NCBI GenBank assembly: GCA_963709405.1
Contig: CAVPXM010000055.1
Span: forward strand, 160,001 to 224,000
From: an uncultured Nitrososphaerales archaeon
GTDB lineage: Archaea; Thermoproteota; Nitrososphaeria; Nitrososphaerales; Nitrososphaeraceae
Reading direction: 5' to 3'
Length of the DNA stretch: 64,000 nt
The notes beneath the pieces were generated by a model, which was not told where the DNA came from, did not search any database, and saw only the letters and a list, made by a program, of their open reading frames with translations. The position numbers were made by a program, and so were the translations under genes. Positions 11,118-21,928 of this stretch are shown here, piece after piece (the stretch's first letter is position 1; every line of letters begins with the position of its first letter).

Positions 11118-11796
11118 TCTTCGTAAACATTCCACAATATAACTTTCTCATCTGATATACTGACAACTGTCCTGGTGCAATTTCGGTTCCTAGTGAAGCA
11201 TAGGTAAATGGCGTGGTCTTGTATAATCCGCACAATACTCTCGATAAAATTCCCTTTTCTCCCATTGCGAAGGCAATTAGTTTTGAATCATTTGCATCTT
11301 TATACAGATCCAATATGGAAATCGAGTCCTCGATACTTTTCGCCATCGTTACAATCTTGATAAATTTACTAAAATGCTTCATATTTGATAGAAGCCCCCT
11401 CAGCTCTTGCAGGTTGGGCGTGTATTCAGTGTTATGCCACGAGACAAGTAACGAAGAATTATTTTTCTCAAAATAGTGTAAAAGATTGTGATTAGTTTTT
11501 AAGGTATTGTATTCTATATCTAACAGCATAGGCCGCGCATCGGCAAGCCTACTTAACCAGAACACTCTTTCCTCAAAATCTCCGCGAAACTTTCCTGACT
11601 CCTTCTCATCTCGTAACGTGTATATAGATCTGCTCTTAACTGTGTTGGCTCGTCGAAGGGCTTGATCCAAGTCAGAGCTGCTCAAAAAGTCAAAGCGGAT
11701 TTCTAAAAATTCAGCACCAGAGTCTAGCGCTTCTGACAGGTTCTTTTCAAGTTGCTCCAAGTTCTCGGCTGCTATTGAGACACATATCTTAGGCAA
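11095..11796 (-). CDS. aroD: Type I 3-dehydroquinate dehydratase
   Basis: EIRFD, YTLR, LDIEY, SWH, KIV, AMGEKGILSR, APGQ. Confidence 0.93.
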   Translation of the reverse strand: MPKICVSIAAENLEQLEKNLSEALDSGAEFLEIRFDFLSSSDLDQALRRANTVKSRSIYTLRDEKESGKFRGDFEERVFWLSRLADARPMLLDIEYNTLKTNHNLLHYFEKNNSSLLVSWHNTEYTPNLQELRGLLSNMKHFSKFIKIVTMAKSIEDSISILDLYKDANDSKLIAFAMGEKGILSRVLCGLYKTTPFTYASLGTEIAPGQLSVYQMRKLYCGMFTKNGIGEIH

Positions 11797-12142
11797 CAGT
11801 ATCTATTAACATGAAATTAGACTAATTAATTTATTTGCAAACTAGCATTTGATATAGATCTGTCAATCAATCGAATCTTATCATGCAACATGAAAATCAT
11901 TGCGGTTTTCAAATTCGCGCCTACAGAACCAATATTATATACGGACTAATTAGTCCAACGAAAAGGCATTGCTTGAGCATATAAGAATTCGGCTCCTTAA
12001 AATAGACTGTGTGACTATTAATTGCAGATTTGCCCAAGCTAGTATGAGGAAATGTCTATCCAGTTCGTTCATATCTAAAACAATCAAGCCAGGATATAAT
12101 CTGCAAACAAGAGATTGGGTATCATGGATTCATGGGAATTTA

Positions 12143-13018
12143 TCACCGATGAATATAGTGAGAAGGAATCTTTCTCCAGTTTGCAATTAGAGCCTTTGGT
12201 CTAATATGAAGTTGTTCTTCCCTCAATCTTTCTCTAGCTAATTTGACATAATCCTCGACGATATCCATTCCAATGTACCTCCGTCGGAAATGTGAAGCAA
12301 CCTTTGTAGTTTGGCCGCTCCCATTAAAGGGATCTAGGATGGTATCTCCTTTGTACGAATATAGCTTCATTAATCGATATGGGATCTCCTCAGGAAATGG
12401 ACATGGATGATTAATGTAACCTGGTGGAACTGGGGCTATATGCCATACTGAATTTGCGATTTCTTTAGTCCATTCTTCGTGAGTGGCAGGCAGTGCATCC
12501 CTTCTTTGGTTTCGACCGGAGTTAACATTTCCTTTTCTGAGGACCAGAATGAATTCGTGCATTATATTGGCCCGATAGTACTTTGGATACGGGTTTATTA
12601 CAAACGAGCCATATCTGTTAGTTCCACCGGTAACTTTGTGCCAAATGATTTCCTCATGGAGGTTCCATGTTCCATATGGTTCGACCAATTTAGAAAGGAG
12701 CATGTGAGGTAGAGGTAACAGAGTCCCATTAACTAATTCGTTACCAATGACTATACAACAATATCCACCTTCTTTAGTTACACGAAATATGCTTTCGTTA
12801 AATATTCGTACCATCTCATCTAGATATTCACTAGTCTCTTGTCTCAATCTGCCACGATAGTACCCTCCACTCTTCGAAGCATGCATGTCGTAGTCAATTG
12901 CATTTCTATAAGGGGGGGACGTAATGGTTAGCTGGATTGATTCAGGGGCAATCCTCTCCAACGTTGATCTGCAATGGCCCACAGTAATAGTGTTGAGAAG
13001 GCTTTCTTGAAGTAACAT
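12143..13018 (-). CDS. Orphan beta-class amino-DNA methyltransferase (N4-cytosine type)
   Basis: Catalytic motif IV TSPPY near the N-terminus; HPCPFP and motif I ILDPFNGSG near the C-terminus (beta order); no adjacent endonuclease gene. Confidence 0.9.
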   Translation of the reverse strand: MLLQESLLNTITVGHCRSTLERIAPESIQLTITSPPYRNAIDYDMHASKSGGYYRGRLRQETSEYLDEMVRIFNESIFRVTKEGGYCCIVIGNELVNGTLLPLPHMLLSKLVEPYGTWNLHEEIIWHKVTGGTNRYGSFVINPYPKYYRANIMHEFILVLRKGNVNSGRNQRRDALPATHEEWTKEIANSVWHIAPVPPGYINHPCPFPEEIPYRLMKLYSYKGDTILDPFNGSGQTTKVASHFRRRYIGMDIVEDYVKLARERLREEQLHIRPKALIANWRKIPSHYIHR

Positions 13019-13112
13019 GAATATTAAGAAATGAGGGTATCAATATGAGGAATACTTTAAAATAATAAACATCCAGATAAAGAAATATTATTTCTGTATT
13101 TTGTCAAGTATC

Positions 13113-14178
13113 TCATTTCTCTATCAAATACTCATCGATTTCTATGCCAAAATGTCTGCCTGATCCTTGCCTTGCGGAGCCAAGGATCTTGTCACCGATT
13201 TTTAATTCTGTAACTGCTACCAGGGATCCATCTGGTTTTACAAGTCTTATTGTTTCAGCATTCTGTAAGATTATCGTGCCAACTTTACCGCCAGTCTCAC
13301 CTTTTATAAGTCTAAGAGGACGAGTTTCAATTTTTGATCTCCCCACTGTAACTCGTCTGGAGGCGCCCTTATTATTAACAGCCAAAATTTCTGTACCCGC
13401 TTCAAGCTCGGATAGATACTTCGTCTTACCGTCGGGAGTAAGAGTATAACAATGCACCGCTCCGGCATTTACTCTGAAAGGCCAGCGGCGAGGTAAACGA
13501 CGAACCGATCGATTCGTTGTGTATCAAGAACATGAAGTTCGACTTACTACCAATCAACATTCCTTCGCCTAAGGTGAGAATTGATGTTGTATCTACACAA
13601 ACCCGCTCGCCAATGCCGACATCAATAACGTCTGTAACACTAATTTCGTGAATAGGTAGAGTCAGACTCTCCATATAACTCTTGGAATCACTTATTTCCT
13701 GCAAGTCATTAGTATCAAGTATAACACCATCGACCCCTAGCTCGAGGACTCCGAACATTGTTCGCACTTCCTCGGAATCTTTGGCTGTTGTGTAGATCTT
13801 GGTCTTTGATCGGCGTACTTTTGCTATTATGTTTTCGAGTGGAATAATTTTCCAATCTACAGATTTAACGATAACAAAGTCTGCGCCCATCTCAGATGCT
13901 ACTAACAAATCATTAATATCGTCATCACTTTTTACCTCTTTAAATATTCCATGAGGTTTTCCAGATTGTGTCGATTTGCCTAACTCCGCAGACGATTTGC
14001 AAATGACCATATCTGCGTCCTCTGATTCGTACATACTCTTAAACTTAGTTCCACGTAATGTTTTGGGGTTAGCATAAAGCACGTCAATATCAACTAATTT
14101 CGTAATAAAGCTCGCAAGTTCAGATTCGGAGACCTTTGGATTGATAACCAGAGTTTTGTTATTAATGTTGCTTGTCAA
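13113..14178 (-). CDS. 3-dehydroquinate synthase II, AroB' (one extra base near 13483)
   Basis: WKIIPLEN, ERVCVDT; repair restores PFRVNAGAVHCY, then YLSEL, QNAETIRL, GRHFG. Confidence 0.93.
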
Positions 14179-14953
14179 ACTCCTTCATAGCCTCCTCCGG
14201 AGTTTTACCTCTCATTATTATTTCATATAGAGCTCGTACCATCGATGGTGGGCAAGAATGTTGAAATATATTTCTGCCAAATGTTACACCTTTAGCTCCT
14301 GCTTGCATTGCATCGTGACACATATCTAGAATTTCTCTGTCAGAATCAGCCTTGGGCCCTCCTGCAATAACAAGTGGTACCGGACAGCCTCTCACAACTT
14401 TCTTAAATGAGGAGATATCGCCTGTATAGACAACTTTGATCAAATCAGCGCCTGCCTCTGCTCCAATTCTCGCCGCGTGAGCCACCACATCGGGGTCATT
14501 TGGATCCTTCACATTTTCTCCTCTGGCGTACATCATAGCTACAAGTGGCATGCTCCATTCATCGCACTTGTCTGATATTGTCCCCAGTTTATGCAACATT
14601 TCCGGTTCCTCTTTAGCACCAACGTTTATGTGAACCGAAACAGCATCGGCACCAAGTCGTATAGCCTCTTCAACACTTCCCATGAGCATTTTTCGATTAG
14701 GTGCAAGCCCAAGAGTTGTACTCCCTGAAAGGTGAATTATTATGCCAATTGAAGTAGGTCTGGGCATTGACTTTACTATCCCTTTATTAACAAGTACGCA
14801 AGTAAGCCCAGCGTCTTCGCATGAATATATAAGATCATGTGCATTTTCTAACCCTTGAATTGGTCCCAAAGTGATGCCGTGGTCCATCGGTATGCAGAGC
14901 ATTTTCCCCTGATTTGTTATTCGGTGTAATCTTATATCTCTGCCAAATACCAT
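14162..14953 (-). CDS. 2-amino-3,7-dideoxy-D-threo-hept-6-ulosonate synthase (AroA', DhnA-type aldolase)
   Basis: PMDHG, ARIGAEAGADLIK, AGGPK, GRNIFQ; directly upstream of AroB'. Confidence 0.92.
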   Translation of the reverse strand: MVFGRDIRLHRITNQGKMLCIPMDHGITLGPIQGLENAHDLIYSCEDAGLTCVLVNKGIVKSMPRPTSIGIIIHLSGSTTLGLAPNRKMLMGSVEEAIRLGADAVSVHINVGAKEEPEMLHKLGTISDKCDEWSMPLVAMMYARGENVKDPNDPDVVAHAARIGAEAGADLIKVVYTGDISSFKKVVRGCPVPLVIAGGPKADSDREILDMCHDAMQAGAKGVTFGRNIFQHSCPPSMVRALYEIIMRGKTPEEAMKEFDKQH

Positions 14954-15092
14954 TCTAATTACATGACTTTCATTCCTCCATAAAAGTCATCTGGCATCAT
15001 GTCGCTCGAAGTCATACGCTATTAGCAGACGTTATTGCAGTTTCGTCGCATCATTACTTTAATATACAAATTTGTAGAGATAATACTTGTAG

Positions 15093-16302
15093 TTGATTGA
15101 TGCAAGAAATATAGGCCTTAGGAACATAGAGGTCGCTGATACTAAGATCTGTTCGATTGATGGTGATAATGGCAAGCTCATTTACCGAGGCTATGATATT
15201 CTGGATTTGGTTAATCATTCCACTTTTGAAGAAACTGCATATCTGTTGCTATTTGGTGATTTACCCAATTCTGAGGAGTTGGAAGACTTCAAACATCGTT
15301 TGACAGAAGCAAGATCCTTACCTGGTCCAGTGCTGAAAAATCTCTACAATCGACCAAAGCGTGCTGACCCTATGGACGTTATTCAATCCGCTATAACTGA
15401 GCTTCCAGATTACGATCTCAATATGGAGGAGGATTCAAAGACCGCAAATATAAGAAGGGCAATTATTCTGATAGGCAAGATTCCTACGATTATAGCCGCA
15501 TGGGATAGGATTAGACATTCGCAAGATGTGGTTGAGCCCTCAGAGGAAGGAAGTCATGCCGAAAATTTTCTCCGTTTACTTCGCGGGGACCAACCTACCA
15601 AAGAAGAAGCAAAGATGTTCGATATTTCGCTTATACTGCATGCTGAGCATAGCTTTTAATGCTTCGACATTTGCTGCAAGAGAAATTGCATCAACCAGAG
15701 CTCATATGTACGCCTCCATTGCCGGTGCGGTGGGTGCTCTGTCAGGAGAACTTCATGGAGGAGCCAATGTCCAGGTCATGAAAATGCTTCTGGAAATAGG
15801 AGAGGCCGGAAATGCAAGAAACTGGGTGCGAAAAAGATTGAATGAGGGCGGCAGGATTATGGGTATGGGTCATGCTGTGTATAGGACTACGGACCCAAGA
15901 GCCGAGATCCTCCGTACATTATCACGCATAATTTCTAAGGAACGAAATACGAAATGGTTTGAAATTACCGAAAATGTTGAAAAATCAACTCAAGACTTTA
16001 TGATTGAGAATAAAAGGCAAGCGATTTATGCAAACGTGGATCTTTATAGTGCATCACTTTATTACAGTTTGAACATTCCCTTAGATCTAAATACCCCAAT
16101 TTTTTCAATTGCTAGATCAGCAGGTTGGACAGCTCACGTTATAGAGGAAAAATTCGCCGAGGCAGCACCAAAACCAGCACTGTACAGGCCCAAAGCCTCC
16201 TATGTTGGCAAGTATTGCGGTCCAATGGGGTGCGAATATATACCGATAACTAACAGATTAAGTGAGCATCCTAATGAAAATGAGAATGATGGAAATGTGT
16301 AA
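15093..16302 (+). CDS. gltA: Citrate synthase (one extra T at 15654-15657)
   Basis: LIYRGY, LHAEHSF/NASTF, GELHGGAN, MGMGHAVY, NVDLYS. Confidence 0.95.
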
Positions 16303-16353
16303 TGTAGAAAACCATATGTATTCTGAAGAAAATAATATCGAGTTAGCACAAAC

Positions 16354-16831
16354 TTGAGGGTAAGCGTTCTTTCCAAGACAGATACTTCCAGGTTAATTGA
16401 GTTAATGCATATAAACTGGCCTTCTGATAGCATTCCAAAAATAAAGACCCTAAAGGTATATGAAGCTGATCAAAACAAGTTTTTATTAAAATCTGACGAT
16501 TTTGTTGCCAAGGGTTGGTGATGATATTGTTCCATTTCTGGGGAAGGAGGAGCTTCTTCGACACTTTCCATTTGTAACTGTTGACATGAGAGCAGTCAGG
16601 TTTGTGTGCAATGGAGCTAATATTATGAGACCAGGAATAACAGCCTTCCAATCCTTTAAAAAAGGATCCGTTGTAGTGGTTAAGGATGAGAGTCATCTCA
16701 AGTCATTGTCTGTTGGAATAGCAGTAGAGAATAGCGATGATGCAGCTTCTAAAGACAGAGGTTGCGTAATCAATAATATTCATTACGTGAGCGACAGGCT
16801 CTGGGAAGCATATAAGGAAATAAAAAACTAG
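16354..16831 (+). CDS. PUA-domain RNA-binding protein with pre-PUA N-terminus (one extra base near 16510)
   Basis: Upstream frame from TTG 16354 (MRVSVLSKTDTSRLIE...) joins VTVDMRAVRFVCNGANIMRPGI...IHYVSDRLW. Confidence 0.85.
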
Positions 16832-16907
16832 ATAAATAGATGTATGGAGATACTCCATTCTAATTAGTTAAACGCATATTCCTCTCGTATCGAGGGTGTA
16901 CACATAT

Positions 16908-19577
16908 CTACAAGTATTTTGAACTGTAAATTGGAGCTGACCTCATTTTGATGCTAGATTGGGCTGCCGCCAGGATAGCTATTGGGATCCTCCGCGGGGA
17001 TGTACTGATATAATCTAGCCCAATTTCGCTAAAAAAATTGATCGAGATCGGATCGCCTCCGTGTTCTCCGCAGATTCCTATCTTAACTTTCTTATTAGCC
17101 TGTCTAGTTTGGATCGTAGCAATTTTCATTAGCTTCCCAACTCCGTCTTCATCAAGTGTTTGGAATGGATTTATAGAAATTATTTTCTGATCAATATACG
17201 TTGCAAGAAACCTACTTTCTGCATCTTCCCTACTAAAGCTAAAGGTAGCTTGAGTTAGATCATTGGTACCAAAACTCATAAAGTCAACACAAGATGATAT
17301 CTTATCAGCTATAAGACAGGACCTTACGACTTCAATCATACATCCAAATTCGATATTTAAGGGGAATTTGTACTTCACTTCTACATTTGTTTTTACAGTT
17401 TCAAAAATCTTTCTAATGCTTTTTAATTCTTGTATCATACTTACTTGAGGTACCATGATCTGAGGTCGAACCGCAATACCATTCTGCTTCAATTCTGCGG
17501 TTGCTTCACAGATCGCATTTATCTGTGATTCATATATTTCTGGATAGGAAATCCCGATTCTAACACCACGATGTCCCAGCATCGGGTTAGACTCTTTAAG
17601 TTCGCGCACTCGTCTTAGAATTTGTTGCTTTTCTTGAGTCAAGCGAGTATCTTGATCGGATTTAGTCCTGGTCTCTTGCATTTCAAATATCAGATCCTCT
17701 TCCTTAGGAAGAAACTCATGAAGGGGGCCATCAAGTAATCTAAATGTTACTGGAAGACCTTGCATCTGTTTTAGAATACTTTGAAGTGCTGGCCTCTGGT
17801 GGAGATTTAACTCTAGTAACATGGCCTTTCTTTCGTTGATATCATCGGTCAGAATCATTCTTCTAAACGTGTTTGCAATTTCCTGTTCATTGAACATTGT
17901 TTCGGTTCTACACAGGCCGATGCCTTCTGCACCGTATCTTCTAGCAAGAGCCGCATCATCGGGAGTGTCTGCATTCCCTCGAATGGCAATATTTTTCTCA
18001 GCACCTGCCCATTCAAGCAATTCCTTTAACTCATTCGTTATATTACTTGAGGTACTCTTGATTTCTCCCAGGTACACTTTGCCTGTCGAACCATCAATCG
18101 TAATCTTTTGTCCCTCAATTAAGACAAATTGGCTTTTGAATGGCTGATATTGTCTTTCGATGCCCCTAATAATTTGCGAACAACCAACCACACATGGCTT
18201 TCCCATACCTCTTGCTACTACAATAGCATGAGATGTTTTACCACCCTTAAGAGTTAAGATGCCGGCGGAGTATGCAAATGCATGAACATCTTCAGGTCTT
18301 ACTTCCTCTCTTACTAGAATTATCTGGTCTCCATCCGAGCTCAGTTTTTGCGCCGTCACCAAATCAAATACCACAATTCCACATGTTGAGCCTGGTGATG
18401 CACCTATGCCTAAGGCTATGGGCTTTTCACGCGTTTCATTTTCGATACTAGGATACATCATCTGTTCTAAAGCGGCAGGATCGATTCTAGATAGGGCACA
18501 GGTCCTGTCTATTAAGCCTTCATGACATAAATCGACAGATACCTTTACATTTGCTACTGCACTCATCTCAGCAGCTCTAGTTTGCAATAAATACAAGTTG
18601 TTCTTTTCTACAGTAAACTCTATCTGTTGTGGCTCTTTAAATTCCGTTTCCAGAGCTCTGGAAACATCTCTTAGCTGTGTCTCTATCTCTGGAAATTGCC
18701 ATGTTAAACTTTCGACTTGATTTGGGATAGATCCCCCTGAAAACAATTCATCTCCTTGTGCGTTGATAAAATACTCGCCGTAAAGCTTTTTTTCTCCAGA
18801 TTCCGGATTTCTTGTGAAAGCGATACCAGTCATACTTGTTCCCCCCAAATTTCCGAACACCATTCTCATTATTATTATGGCAGTTCCGTTTGCCAACTCA
18901 GATGGAATACCCTTAAACTTTCTATACTCCGTAGCTCTTTTGCTTGACCATGATTTTAAGACTGAGATTATCGACAGCTCAAGTTGTTTATATGGATCTT
19001 CTGAAAAGCCCCTTCCTGTCTTTTCAATCCACAACTCGTTAAAGGATTGTACAATTTTTTGAAGGCTTTTTACATCTTGATCATTGTATTCAGCTAATAT
19101 CTTCAATAAGATTTTTTCATCAATATCTAAGACACTCTGGGTTAACATTTGAATGAACCTGCGATAACAATCCCAAGCAATTACTTCTGATTTCTTCTGG
19201 GATGCTAATCCCATTACAATCTTCTCGTTCAAACCTACATTGAGAATCGTAGCCATGGCTCCAGGCATTGATACTGAGGAGCCAGATCGGACTGAAACCA
19301 AAAGCGGATTATTGGGGTCGCCATACTTAAGGCCAACCTTCAGTTCAAGCTCCTTGATGGCCCCCCTAACCTCGTTCATAAGGCCGTCAGGCAATCGCAT
19401 GCCTGCCTCGAAGAATTTTTCACAGATCTCTGTAGTAATTATAAATCCTTGCGGAACTGGCAATTTCATTGCTGTCATGCGGGATAAACCAGTCCCCTTG
19501 AGCCCCAATAATTTTGAGCCTTCGTTGACGCCTTTCTCAAAAGAATATATTGGCATATGTGAACGTTGCTCATACAT
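16908..19577 (-). CDS. ppdK: Pyruvate, phosphate dikinase (divergent)
   Basis: PLLVSVRSG, GGKTSHA (phospho-His), GIGLCRTE, NPMLGHRGVR, SFGTNDLTQ, GICGEHGGDP; true start may be ATG 19556. Confidence 0.92.
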   Translation of the reverse strand: MYEQRSHMPIYSFEKGVNEGSKLLGLKGTGLSRMTAMKLPVPQGFIITTEICEKFFEAGMRLPDGLMNEVRGAIKELELKVGLKYGDPNNPLLVSVRSGSSVSMPGAMATILNVGLNEKIVMGLASQKKSEVIAWDCYRRFIQMLTQSVLDIDEKILLKILAEYNDQDVKSLQKIVQSFNELWIEKTGRGFSEDPYKQLELSIISVLKSWSSKRATEYRKFKGIPSELANGTAIIIMRMVFGNLGGTSMTGIAFTRNPESGEKKLYGEYFINAQGDELFSGGSIPNQVESLTWQFPEIETQLRDVSRALETEFKEPQQIEFTVEKNNLYLLQTRAAEMSAVANVKVSVDLCHEGLIDRTCALSRIDPAALEQMMYPSIENETREKPIALGIGASPGSTCGIVVFDLVTAQKLSSDGDQIILVREEVRPEDVHAFAYSAGILTLKGGKTSHAIVVARGMGKPCVVGCSQIIRGIERQYQPFKSQFVLIEGQKITIDGSTGKVYLGEIKSTSSNITNELKELLEWAGAEKNIAIRGNADTPDDAALARRYGAEGIGLCRTETMFNEQEIANTFRRMILTDDINERKAMLLELNLHQRPALQSILKQMQGLPVTFRLLDGPLHEFLPKEEDLIFEMQETRTKSDQDTRLTQEKQQILRRVRELKESNPMLGHRGVRIGISYPEIYESQINAICEATAELKQNGIAVRPQIMVPQVSMIQELKSIRKIFETVKTNVEVKYKFPLNIEFGCMIEVVRSCLIADKISSCVDFMSFGTNDLTQATFSFSREDAESRFLATYIDQKIISINPFQTLDEDGVGKLMKIATIQTRQANKKVKIGICGEHGGDPISINFFSEIGLDYISTSPRRIPIAILAAAQSSIKMRSAPIYSSKYL

Positions 19578-20060
19578 ATTTTATGATAACATCTGCCCCA
19601 ACTTAAGTCCTCTGAATGTTTCGACCTAGCCGGAATTCCACTCAGATGCGTAAAAGTTTGTTTTGACTGGTTCTATCTTAATGAATGAATAGCATTTAAT
19701 TTGACTCCCACTATTCATCCTACTCATCATAACAAATTATTTCGACTTGTTGATATCAATCTTCTGAAATAGTAAATTATTTTTATAAAAGGTCACCCAA
19801 TTGTCACTACTAAGCAGGTATGGAGCCATCTATTGAATCTAACATAACAATTAGGTCGAAATGGCACTTATAATAATTGGAAGTATTTCTATATTACCAC
19901 AACTAGTATGGGAGACCGACAAATCTGGATGAAATATAAAGGTAATTAGTACTAAGGATTGTAGAAAGTTGCATTCCTCACTTAAAATAACTGATAGACA
20001 TAAAGGGACTTTCCCAATCAGAGATAACATAGCGAATAAGAATTATTTTCCCAACTTAAA

Positions 20061-20744
20061 CTAGGCAATAGATGGGACATCGTTATTCACAACGTGACCT
20101 AGATTTTTTCTTACGAATTTTAAAGCGGCGCCATCGATAGATCCGTATCTAGCTAATAATAGTTCTACATCTCGTCTTGTGTCCATATCGATCGTTGTCC
20201 TATCAGACAATACAACAATGACCGTGGCCTTAACAGCCAATGCCTCTTCAATGTGTCTAGTATAACTATCATCATCATAATGAGTTCTTATCAGGTTGAT
20301 TGGCTTTCTGAGTAGAATGTTTGATCCATCGTGTCGAAGCGAGGGAGAGATTACCAGGCATTTCTCATAATTTTTAGTCGATCTGCATATCATATCAACT
20401 TGTGCTGGTAGAAGGAGAGGCAAATCATGTGGTATTACAATGGTAGCATCCGCACCATTTTTGTTACTGAAATCATCTCCTGCACTTACTGCCTGATCTA
20501 CTCCATTGTCGATATCCTGCCTTAGGAATGTTACACCCATCCGATCACTTACTGAACGTGCACGATCGTCCCCAGAAACGATAACTATAGTATCTAATGT
20601 GCTAGATTTCATAAGAATAGATATGGTATCAACAAGAAGCAATTCTGCAAGTCTAATTCTAACTTGTTTAGATAACAATAATCTTAATCTAGATTTGCTA
20701 TTCTCAAATCTCTTGACTGGGACCACAGCGAATATCTTATTCAA
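20061..20744 (-). CDS. cofC: 2-phospho-L-lactate/PEP guanylyltransferase (F420 biosynthesis)
   Basis: VPVKRFENSKSRL, DLPLL, DMDT; overlaps the cofD stop. Confidence 0.9.
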   Translation of the reverse strand: MNKIFAVVPVKRFENSKSRLRLLLSKQVRIRLAELLLVDTISILMKSSTLDTIVIVSGDDRARSVSDRMGVTFLRQDIDNGVDQAVSAGDDFSNKNGADATIVIPHDLPLLLPAQVDMICRSTKNYEKCLVISPSLRHDGSNILLRKPINLIRTHYDDDSYTRHIEEALAVKATVIVVLSDRTTIDMDTRRDVELLLARYGSIDGAALKFVRKNLGHVVNNDVPSIA

Positions 20745-21664
20745 TGCTTCGCACAGTGCTTTAGAATATAATTGGCCAGCATATTTTCTTGATATCTGTT
20801 TTTCATAATAATATTTGTCCGATAAACACTAAGATCTAAATTTGATATCTCGGGAGATATTGCACTGTCTAATTCAGAAATAACGAATTTACTCAAGAAT
20901 TTCCTATAATACTTTGCTACTCCTACCGGCGAGACATGCATACCAGCAGATTTCATATATTTAGCAGCTGGCCCAGAGATTACACTGTTACCAATTATGG
21001 GAGACACAGCAACAACTCTTTCCTTTAAGGATATAAGTTCGGCTCTAAATTCTTTTAATGACAGCATTGGCCCAATGCTTGTAATTGGATTCGCAGGAGC
21101 TATGATAATTGTTCTAGACCGCCTCACGGCTTCCACTGCTAGAGGATTTACTATAGCTGTAGTACTTCCTTTATAGTAAACGGATCGAATTTTGGGCTTT
21201 GCTTTTTCTCTGACCCAAAATTCTTGAATATGTAAGTCTCCTATATCAGTTCTAAATCTGGTTTCGATATGATCATTCGAAACAGGAAGAATTCTAGGCA
21301 ACACTTTAAGTTTTCGCCTCAAATAATCCGTGACTTGTGAAAGGTCCTTACCCTCCCCCAGCATTTTAGTTCTTAATGCATGAGTTGCTAAATCCTTATC
21401 ACCTAACTTGAACCAAGTATCTTCACCAAGCATTCTCATTTGATTAAGAAAGTAATATGAGTCGTGTTGTATTCCCCATCCATTACTTAGATCTAGAATA
21501 TTACTGAGGCCATAGAGTGTGGTGTCTATGTCTGGACAAACGTACATCCCATTCAGCCAGATATTGTCAGCCACGTTCGAGATTATGACGAGATCTTTAA
21601 CAGCTTTAGCCAAGCCACGAATCAGCTTTATGGAGCCTGTTCCCCCTCCTATGACAGCGATCAA
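20741..21664 (-). CDS. cofD: 2-phospho-L-lactate transferase (F420 biosynthesis)
   Basis: GGGTGSIKL, CPDIDT, WFKLGDKD, HIQEFWV, PANPITSIGP, SGPAAKYM. Confidence 0.94.
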   Translation of the reverse strand: MIAVIGGGTGSIKLIRGLAKAVKDLVIISNVADNIWLNGMYVCPDIDTTLYGLSNILDLSNGWGIQHDSYYFLNQMRMLGEDTWFKLGDKDLATHALRTKMLGEGKDLSQVTDYLRRKLKVLPRILPVSNDHIETRFRTDIGDLHIQEFWVREKAKPKIRSVYYKGSTTAIVNPLAVEAVRRSRTIIIAPANPITSIGPMLSLKEFRAELISLKERVVAVSPIIGNSVISGPAAKYMKSAGMHVSPVGVAKYYRKFLSKFVISELDSAISPEISNLDLSVYRTNIIMKNRYQENMLANYILKHCAKH

Positions 21665-21928
21665 ATTTAGATAGCTAAGGCGAATGTATAATGTATAACT
21701 TTCGAAGTGCTGTGGTAGGAATCTCAGAATAAAATAGGCAATTCCTATAAGATCTCTAGTGGATCATCACGCCCTCCTTTCATATACTCAAACGTAGTAA
21801 ACTTGCGGCGCAGATGAATTAAATTATGCAAATCTTTATTGGCGACCCAGACAATCGAAAGAATTATTAAGGCTAGATGAAATAAGGTCGCAACAAAGAT
21901 TATAAACAGGGCTCATGAGAGTTTTCAT

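Noticed and set aside
11797-13112. Mobile element carrying the DNA methyltransferase
   Set aside because: No transposase, integrase, terminal inverted repeats or target-site duplication was seen at the flanks.
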